A stretch of DNA of 52,850 bases, counting the filler, from Bipalium vagum (taxonomy: Eukaryota): the NCBI GenBank assembly GCA_037834085.1. It is 3 parts of 3 records of this genome, joined end to end, with 100 filler letters (N's around TTAATTAATTAA, not from the genome) between each part and the next. Parts side by side here need not be neighbours in the genome. Positions count along the whole stretch, not along the records: positions 1 to 18,216 come from JBBMKC010036014.1; positions 18,317 to 36,314 come from JBBMKC010044310.1; 1 more part is not named here. One strand, given 5' to 3'. The notes beneath the pieces were generated by a model. The model made no database searches. It saw nothing but the letters and a program-made list of their open reading frames with translations, and was not told where the DNA came from. Below are positions 11,095 through 19,509 of this stretch, piece by piece. A program made the translations under genes and the position numbers. Within the stretch, counting starts at the first letter, position 1; each line of letters begins with the position of its first letter.

Positions 11095-12217
11095 ATGGGT
11101 GATAAAGTTTTTGTTAATATTGCTGAAAATGGGGAATATATTTATACTAAAACTAAACCACCAATTTATTATGATGATAATGATAATGAAGAAATAAACG
11201 AAATAAATGAAGAAATTCAAAATATTCAAAATGACTCAGAAAATAAATTTTTAAATGTTACTGGAGATTCAATGAAAGGAATTTTAAATATGAATAATTT
11301 TAAAGTAAAAAATACACCAAACCAAAAGATGATAATGATATTGTAAATTTAAAATTTGTAAGATCAATAGAAAATCAACTTCAGACTAAAATTGAAAATA
11401 CTATAAAAAAATTAGAAGATGCGTAAGCAAAGCTTGCTAGTGATATGAACACGAAATTTAAAGTTTCTCTTGAAAATTTCAAAAAAATTATTCCAATACA
11501 AAAAATTATTGAAACCAAAAATATTAAGGAATCTCCAAAAAATTGATGTAACAGAATTTCAAGAACTTAAAACTTTTATAAATCAAATAAAAGCAAATAT
11601 GAAAGATTCTTATGCATTCGAACTATATAAAACATTATATGAAAAATTTAATCCGATTTCATGGAGATTATATTGGAAATCTTTGGTAAATGAAATTTCT
11701 AGTAAAAACAATTTAAAAATTTATAAAGATAATATTGGATATTTTCAAGATGAATAAAGAAAAAATTTATAAGATAGCTTTACTATTGTTTTAGTTGCAG
11801 AAAAAATTAATTATGAAATATATAATATTATTAATTTTGGAACAATAGATAATAAAAATGTTTTTCGTTGGTATAATAATAATAGAAATTATATTTTGTT
11901 AATAAAAATCTAAAAGAACGAACAGAAGTAACAGGATCTTCAGTTTTAAATCATAAATTTGGAACTAATTTAATTTTTTTCAAGTGTGTTAAATCAGAAA
12001 ATTTTTTAAACTATTCAACATTTTTTTATTATTCTGAAAAAAAATTTCAACAATTTTTCCTTCAATTAATAATTCTAATTTTCAATTTAATTCAACAAAT
12101 ATAAAAATTTATGAAATAATAATTTTTAACAGAATTTTATTAGGTAGTTAAATGATAGATATTAAAGATTTTATGAAAAGTTTCTATAGAAATATTCAAT
12201 ATAAAATTAAACATTAG
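11095..12217 (+). pseudogene. Putative virion fibre/receptor-binding protein (stalk repeat, coiled coil, possible LamG/ConA-like head)
   Basis: FLNVTGDSMKGILNMNNFKVKNTP.PKDDNDIVNLKFV resembles the GDTMxGxLNMxxxKIxNLxDPxxxxDAATKxYVD fibre/YadA-stalk repeat. The C-terminus reads FTIVLVA ... IKIYEIIIFNRIL..MIDIKDFMKSFY. Confidence 0.55.
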
Positions 12218-12272
12218 ATTTTTTTAGAAATTATAAATCTCAAAATAATTATTGTAAATTTTTTATTAAAAA

Positions 12273-12413
12273 ATGGAAAACGAATTTGGAAAACAAAATG
12301 AAATTTCTGAGTCATCTTTGATGTTTAGCGCTCTCGCCTCTTTATATCCTAATTTAGAAAAAGAAGATTATGGTGTGATTAAAGAGTATCTAAAAAAAAT
12401 TAACAGTTTATAA
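12273..12413 (+). CDS. Small uninterrupted ORF (46 aa) within the Polinton, unknown function
   Basis: MENEFGKQNEISESSLMFSALASLYPNLEKEDYGVIKEYLKKINSL*, preceded by the element's TTTATT-AAAAAATG start motif. Confidence 0.45.
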   Translation: MENEFGKQNEISESSLMFSALASLYPNLEKEDYGVIKEYLKKINSL

Positions 12414-12441
12414 AAAAAATTTTATTTTTATTTTTAAAAAA

Positions 12442-12576
12442 ATGAGTGAAATATTTAATAAAAAAATAATTGAATTAAATAAAATTTTATATTTATTAGA
12501 AATTTTTCCTATTTTGAAATATATTGAAATTCAATCGCTTCAAGATATTTATGATTTTTTGGAAATTGAATATTAA
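12442..12576 (+). CDS. Small uninterrupted ORF (44 aa) within the Polinton, unknown function
   Basis: MSEIFNKKIIELNKILYLLEIFPILKYIEIQSLQDIYDFLEIEY*, preceded by TTTATTTTTAAAAAAATG. Confidence 0.45.
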   Translation: MSEIFNKKIIELNKILYLLEIFPILKYIEIQSLQDIYDFLEIEY

Positions 12577-12861
12577 GAATTTCCTTTGGAATAATTATTT
12601 TAATTTTTTATTTTAATTTAGCACTTATGGTGCTAATATTTTTTTTCAAAAAATTCGAAATTGTGGGGACTCCCAGGCAAACGTTCAGGATCTTCAGGAG
12701 ATGAAAGACTGAACAAATCCCTTTAAACATTTTTGATTCATTCAATCTTTTTGCGTGATCTTTTGCATGAAACAAAACATCTTATAATATTGTAAAGAAT
12801 TTTTATTGTGCATGTGTGTAGAATAAATGTGAATTATTATTTAATATATGTAAATTATTAT

Positions 12862-13905
12862 TGATAAATCCCGAAAACTAAAATTCATAAAAATAAAAAA
12901 TAAATAAATAAAATATAATTAAAATTTATAAAAAAATGGTACATAAATTAAAATAATTCCAAATTTAGAAAGTTCTGTAAAAATAATTACTAAAAATAAA
13001 AATAATCATTAACAGCAAAATTAATAACAAAAGTAATATATAAAAATTAAAATTAGTAAATTTATATTACTATAAATAATTAAAAGATAAAAAATTATAA
13101 TATAAATTAAGTCGCTTTTTTATTTCAAAGTACAAGAAACAACAAATAATTAAGAGACTAAGCGAACTAATGTCGACAACAATTATTATCAATTTGGAAA
13201 TTAGAGATTATCAAGTCATCGATAATTAGAAAATAAGACAATATTTTCGTGTCGCGAAAACCATTTCAACAGCAAGTTCTCAAGTTTCATCTCAACTGTC
13301 AGATATTCAAAGAGATTATTCGGAAATTGGATATAGGAAAAAGAAGTCAAAAATTCTATATAAAGTAAGAATTCTATTAATCAAAAAAGAAAAGAGAAAG
13401 ACGACGAGAAAGGAGCAAAAACAAGAACAACAAAATCTAGAGAGGAGACAAATATTCAGTCAAAGCAAGCACAACAGGAGATAAACATTCAAGAGGATAT
13501 AAACGGTAATAGAAAGGGGAAAACAAGGAAAAATCTTGAATTCTAACGACGTATATTTTGATTCCGAAGTATTAAAGTCAAAGATATCTAGATTAACCAC
13601 GCCGTCCTATAATTCAGATTTAAAAGGTAATTATTTTTCTATTTAAGTCAACAATATTAATTTGACTACAAATTGAATATTGCGATTAAATTATCACCTC
13701 TAAATTAACCAGAATTAAACAATTGGATAGATCCCCAATTGTTGTTCCAATATCAAAATTTTTTTTTGTGTTCTTCTAATTTAAACTTTTTTGCTTTCTC
13801 AACGTCAAGTAGGGCGGAGAAGCGCTTTTTACTTTCGAGGGCTCTTGAGGCTAAGATAGCGAAGAGCATAAACTAAACATTTCAAAGTTTCTCCGGGACT
13901 TATCA
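12862..13905. mobile_element. Solo-LTR-like or short-TIR repeat (~1.04 kb)
   Basis: Begins TGATAAATCCCGAAAA and ends TCTCCGGGACTTATCA (TG...CA, imperfect inverted termini). Internal blocks recur at ~50620-51190. Confidence 0.55.
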
Positions 13906-14187
13906 TTAATAATAATATAATAATATTTGTGTTAACAATATTGTTCAAAAAAGTTTTGATAACTGAATATATTTTATTTAAATTAAATAATCCTTTTGAT
14001 TTGGCTTAGTAATCGAATTTTATTGAAATATTTAAAATTAAAATCGTTTTCACAACTGTTTCAGTATCCGATTATTTGCACACAATTTATCATCACCCAG
14101 TCGATTTAAAAAAAATATATATATCAAGGCAACCTTTTATATAAACCGAACGTAACACATGTAAGGAGTTTAGATGAAAAATTAATG

Positions 14188-14259
14188 GGGGACGTAGCTC
14201 AGCGGTAGAGCAGTCCATGCGCATGAGAAAGGTCCCGGGTTCGAATCCCGGTGTCTCCA
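14188..14259 (+). tRNA. tRNA-Ala(CGC)-like gene, probably a pseudogene or tRNA-derived element
   Basis: GGGGACG/TGTCTCC acceptor stem with G3:U70, D arm GCTC/GAGC, T arm CCGGG-TTCGAAT-CCCGG, discriminator A, intact A and B boxes. The anticodon stem (GTCCA/GAGAA) does not pair and position 33 is G. Confidence 0.75.
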
Positions 14260-14380
14260 ATTTATTTGAACCTCTAAATTCTTCTGAGCAATTTTGTAAT
14301 AAACGAGCCACGTTAAGTTTTGAAAAGATATCTAGGGTTCGAACAAACTATTTCCCAACAAACCATCAAAACTTAACAAA

Positions 14381-15163
14381 ATGGATGCAAATCAAAATTC
14401 AATTGATCTTAAAAAAAGAATAGAAAAATTTTAAAAATTAAAAGAAGTAAAAGAGAAATTTGAAACTAATCAATTAAATCAATGGAAAAAAGAAAGAGGA
14501 CTTCAACAAGATTTAACAAATTTTCATAAACCTGTTAATGATGCATTTAATAAATCTAAACAAGAGATAAAAAATGATGAAAACAAAACTAAAAAATTAA
14601 TTGTTTCTGAAAATAATGAAATTAAAGATGATCTCCCTGATAATTCAATACAACGAGTAAACATTCAATGGGATACAAATGCAGAAAATGTAACAGAAAC
14701 TATAAAACCAGTTTTTAATAACAATTTCTTAACAATAAATGACGGAATATTTTTAGTTTATAAAAGAAGTGAAAATACGCTTTTAAGAAATGAAACAACT
14801 AGAAAAGAATATGAATTAAAAGAAAGACTTTAAAAATTATTGTTCAAAAATAATCTAAAAGACATGAAGAATTATATAGAAATAATCAATAGTGCAAAAT
14901 CAAGGATGAAATCAATTTAGGTTAAAAATATTAAAACCCAAATAAACAAACTTAAAGCAATAAAAAGAGAAGAAGGTTATAAAATATATAAACCAAAACA
15001 TACTCTTGATCAATTTTTAACATTAAGCAAATATTTATCTGCTAAAAAGCAGGACATGATAATTTTGATCATTTTATTTTAAAAATTTTAAATAAATTAA
15101 AAAAACAAAAAAATTACAGATAACAATTTTGAAAAATTACGAACAAAGTTCTCTCTAAATTAA
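14381..15163 (+). pseudogene. Conserved Polinton coiled-coil protein upstream of penton, copy 2
   Basis: MDANQNSIDLKKRIEKF*KLKEVKEKFETNQLNQWKKERGLQQDLTNFHKPVND...GYKIYKPKHTLDQFLTLSKYLSAKK(A)GHDNFD. Several stops and frameshifts. Confidence 0.7.
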
Positions 15164-15194
15164 AATATTTTATTAAAATATTTAGTTATTGAAA

Positions 15195-15685
15195 ATGTAT
15201 TTAAATATGATAAAAGTTTAAAAACATTAAAAGAGAAAGAATATTATATAAAAATAAAACCAAATCCAATTTCTTTAAATTGTCTAATGAAAATATCAAA
15301 AGGTTGTTTTGTTCAATTTCCTAAAGAAAATTCTTTAGCTACCATTTTAGGATTTGAAACTGAAAAAACTTATGCAGAAGAAATTCATGAATCTAAACCA
15401 GTTAATATTTCAATATATATTTCAAATATAAATAGAATTTGATTGATTGTAATATTGTTGAAGGAGCATTTTTCAACCGAGAAGGAACCAACATAATATT
15501 TGATTTTCCTTCAAATACTGTTTGAAAAGGATATAGAATTATTGAAAGATCAAAAATTCCAATTTATTTTACTTTGATTACAAAAATATTTAATGAAATT
15601 AAATTTAAAATAATTGATGATAAAGGAAAATTAATAGATTTTAATGGAGAACAATAAAAGTTACATTGAGTGATAAATCAAATGA
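15195..15685 (+). pseudogene. Polinton minor capsid protein (penton), N-terminally shortened
   Basis: IKIKPNPISLNCLMKI..NSLATILGF..ESKPVNI..NINRI.IDCNIVEGAFFN..IIFDF..GYRIIERSKIPIYF..IIDDKGKLIDFNGEQ. Confidence 0.85.
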
Positions 15686-16074
15686 AATTCAACCTCCTGA
15701 TAAATTAGATAAGAAATTTAAAAAATTATTTATTTTTGATGACGTAATAAATGAAAAAAAAATCAAACTATTATCGAAATGTATTTTACAAGAGGAAGAC
15801 ATAATAAATGTTCAATAATTTATTTATTTCAATCATTTTTCATTTACCTTTAAGATGTATAAGGAATAATACTAATGTTTTAATTTTATTTAAAATTTCA
15901 AAATCAGATAAAAATCAAATTTATTCAAAAATATTAGCTCATTTCATAGAGAAAGATGATTTTGATTATTTGTATGATTTTCACATGAAAGAAAAATATA
16001 ATTATATTTTTATAAATTTACTAGATGAAAAAATATTACATTCAATTTTTATATCTACTTGTACAAATATTTAA
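15683..16074 (+). pseudogene. FtsK/A32-like genome-packaging ATPase, C-terminal half only
   Basis: EIQPPDKLDKK....FDDVINEK.QTIIEMYFTRGRHNKCSIIYLFQSFF.LPLRCIRNNTNVLILFK, giving Walker B, the RGRH arginine finger and the Q motif. No Walker A. Confidence 0.85.
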
Positions 16075-16113
16075 AAATAAAAATATTTTAAAAATTAATT
16101 TTATTTCTAAAAA

Positions 16114-16500
16114 ATGAGTAATAATTTAAACTTAGATAAAAATACATATCATCACGATTAACAGTAAAAAATTTGATTATTTAGAAACTTGTTTTAATCC
16201 AACAACAGCAACAAATTTAAATAAAAATGGAAATTTAACTTTTAGCTTATTAAAAACAGCAAATGCTTTGGATTTATCAGAAAAACCTTTTAGTTTTTGA
16301 AATTGAAATAACAAATATAAAAGCAGAAAATTAGGATCAACAGAAGTAGAAACAATTGAATATTTAGGAACTTCAAATTCTAACAATTTTTTATTAATTG
16401 ATAAAAATAATGATGGAGAAATTTTTGGATGTGTTTCTGATAAAATTAAAGAAAATCCAAATAAAGATAATAAAGAATTTAAAACAAGAAAAAATCTATA
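16114..16500 (+). pseudogene. Polinton major capsid protein (hexon), N-terminal fragment
   Basis: MSNNLNLD..DYLETCFNPTTATNLNKNGNLTFSL..ALDLSE.FLVFEIEI..LGSTEVETIEYLGTS. Follows the ATPase and carries the shared start motif. Confidence 0.65.
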
Positions 16501-16529
16501 TTCAAATAAATAATAATAATTTTAAATAA

Positions 16530-17030
16530 ATAATTTTGTATTTCTTCTTTTTTTATTATTTTATTGAGGAACAAATAATTATTCCAAAAAATTTTCACCT
16601 GATATTGTCCAAATTTCATTTTTATCTTTTTCTTAATTTGGTTTATTATCATATAAATATCCAAACATTACTTTATAATCTGGATTTTTTGTATTTATAT
16701 AGTTTTTTATACATTATTATACATTAGTAATTAATATATTTATGACTAAATTTTAATTCAAAAACTAGTTTTCTTTTATAATTCTAAAAAATCAATTCCT
16801 TGATATCTTTTCTCAAAATCTTTAAATGAATTTATAACATGTTCAAAAATGTTACCAATTTGAGATTGAATATAACCAGATAATTGGTGCAATATTTGAA
16901 CTTTAATTGATAAAAATGTGTTCATAAAATTTGAATGTTTTGGTTTATAAGTAAAATCTAGATTAAGACATTCATTAAATATTTCCTTTACTTTTTCTTT
17001 AAAATAAAATGAATCAAAATATTTTAAATC
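16530..17030 (-). pseudogene. PD-(D/E)xK restriction-endonuclease-like gene (Eco47II-like layout), frameshifted
   Basis: DLKYFDSFYFKEKVKEIFNECLNLDF..ILHQLSGYIQSQIGNIFEHVINSFKDFEKRYQGIDFL/NYKRKLVFELKFSHKYIN..KKLYKYK/NPDYKVMFGYLYDNKP..EIWTISGENF. Confidence 0.55.
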
Positions 17031-17819
17031 TATATTATATATATATAATATAATATATATATATAAATTTTATAATATGTTTCATTTTATATATTTTGTT
17101 TTGGATTTTGTTTTCATTTTTTATTGTTTTTTTAAAGAATAAGTCGATATATCGTGCAATATTTTTTGACAGAAAATTAATGCAAATCCAACTTAGATTT
17201 TGTATGAATATCAAGTAGCTTTATTTAATAATTTTGAATCAGACAACTTGAAAAATATTCCTATTATAGCTTCGAAATAGCTTCAAAATATTCTGTTTTA
17301 TGGATATTTTGTTCGTGAGTAGTCATATTTACCTAATTTTGTTTATGAATTAGGCAAATATACCCAATTTAGGTTAAATAACTTCAAAATAGTCTACTTT
17401 ACTGAATATTCCACAAAAGTCATATTTTGACTGTTTTATTTTATAAATGTGTAAAATATGGGTTATTTAGGCTAAAAATAGCTTCGGAATATCTTGCTTG
17501 GGGAATATTCCGGATCTATAACTATTCACTTCCCACAGTACTAAAAGCTGTTATTTTCGGTACTTTTCATCTGTGTTTTAAACTGGTCTTCAATGAACTA
17601 TAAATATCAACTTTATTTACAGATTAATGACATTTATGATTCTGATGATGACTGGTCATTGATTTTGTTGAAGATAATGTACATCGGCTTTTTAAAGATA
17701 TTAATAATTAAAAAGAATATAATTATTGGGTTGAACGGAAAGTTCGTACTTTCTTTGGTAGATGTTTTTAAGCAGTTTTGTAAGTAATATAAAAAAATTA
17801 TTAAACAATATATAGACTA

Positions 17820-18216
17820 TTATGATCGATTATCTGTCCCCATTTTTCGGGAAGTTTCATGATACCGTCAGAAAAGAATTGTGTTGGCTGAAGTACTTGT
17901 CCAGGTGAAATTTTATATCTTTTAAAGATTAATATTCTTTTCCATCTAAACTAGAGATGGTAATCTAAAAGAGTGTTTTCAGAGGAATGAGCGAGGTGAC
18001 TTAACACCTCCCATCCAAACTCTGAAAATTTTCGCAGCACACTCTTTGCTAAGTAATATCTGTCGTTATCATGGTGAAATACCACTCCTTTTCGATTAGC
18101 TAATTCTGGAAGTTTTTTATGTGTTACGATTTTATTTCACTATAAACCCAGTCGTAACCTTAGCTTGAAACTTCACTGACCCCTTCACTTGTTCCTATTC
18201 GTGTACGCAATTGAAT
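17820..18216 (-). mobile_element. Mariner transposase C-terminal relic abutting a gap
   Basis: Reverse strand gives GVVFHHDNDR..FGWEVL..DY.. and DGIMKLPE(K)W. Confidence 0.7.
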
Positions 18217-18316
18217 NNNNNNNNNNNNNNNNNNNNNNNNNNNNNNNNNNNNNNNNNNNNTTAATTAATTAANNNNNNNNNNNNNNNNNNNNNNNNNNNN
18301 NNNNNNNNNNNNNNNN
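18217..18316. other. Assembly gap with TTAATTAATTAA linker
   Basis: N-run, all-frame-stop spacer, N-run. Confidence 0.97.
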
Positions 18317-19509
18317 ATTATTATTTTTAATATTATTATTATTATTTTACCTCTGACCCTTTTGCGGTCTTTAACTTAAATTTTAAAAGGTTATAAGGGA
18401 TATGCCCTTGATTAACCCAACATATATATTACCAATAATATATATTTTATTGAGACCAATGAATATATATAAATAAACAAATTATGTCTAAAATCACAAT
18501 ACGTGAAAATAATTTTAAAAACCAATTCAAATAGGATGAAAATATTTTTTATCTTCAGACATTCTATTTAAAATGAAAAGATGCATACATTTTTTTCTTT
18601 CATGAGAATGGGAATTGAGAAAACTATTTAGATATAATTAAGTCTTTATGATACAACTTTGTCGTAGAATTAAATCTAACATAGTTTTCTGCAATATGGG
18701 TGTCAATTCATTATTCTTGTCTTGAAAGAGATTTTATAAACTATAATTTTCCTGGAATATAGATTTTCAGGGCCGGACTGTTCCATTGGGATGCCAGATT
18801 GCTGATCTAAGACCATTTGACTTTTTTCCTTTGAGGACGTCTGAACAGTTATATAAAAGAAAACTATAAGATTTACAAGACCTGAAACAAGTCAGTCAAT
18901 TTTAATCAGTTAAAGTATCAACAGAAATGTGTCAAAACGTTATAAATGACTTTTTTAATCGCCTATATAAGTGTATTTTGTAGAAAATATTACATCTTAA
19001 TAAATAAATGTTATTATGTAAAAAATTTGCAATCCTATGTTGAATATACTTTACGGTATAACATTTTATAACATTTTCTATTTACAAATCTTAATATATT
19101 AGTTAAAATTTTTAATTGATTGAAAGTATTAGTATGCAAATAGATAACTTTAAAAATTGGTAGATTCTTTAGACTTGAATTAAGGTGTTGAGTTTTTTAA
19201 TTCATTTTAATACTATTACAGGTAGTAAATTAATATCACTTAAATGTCTGGATGTAAATTCTAATGTTCAGCATCAAGCAAAAACATTCTTATACATGTA
19301 AAAAATTCATGATATCCTGATTTTTATGTATCATTTATAATATAATTTATTTTTATTTAATTTATGATATAATTTAAGTTTTCATATACTTTGTTTTACT
19401 ATGCAAAAGTATAATTTTAAAATTACTGTTTCAACATATAGTTTGAAATTTTATTTTCTATACAGAAGAATTATTGAAATATTTATTTAAAATATTTTTT
19501 AATAATATA

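Larger units (their letters stand above)
5780..17040 (+). mobile_element. Decayed Polinton/Maverick (adintovirus-like) endogenous element, interrupted at ~12660-14340
   Basis: Co-oriented, intronless cluster of integrase, adenain protease (x2), core protein, penton, packaging ATPase and hexon pseudogenes. No pPolB or terminal inverted repeats were recognised inside this span. Confidence 0.88.

Noticed and set aside
14093-14423. ORFs 14093-14311 and 14217-14423
   Set aside because: Chance frames across the tRNA-like sequence.
5780-17040. In-frame TAA/TGA in Polinton genes as an alternative genetic code
   Set aside because: Stops occur together with frameshifts and deletions, and host genes use standard stops, so simple decay explains them.
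18217-18316. Palindromic TTAATTAATTAA inside N-runs (also 36315-36414)
   Set aside because: Identical spacer in both gaps; an artificial scaffolding linker with stops in all frames.
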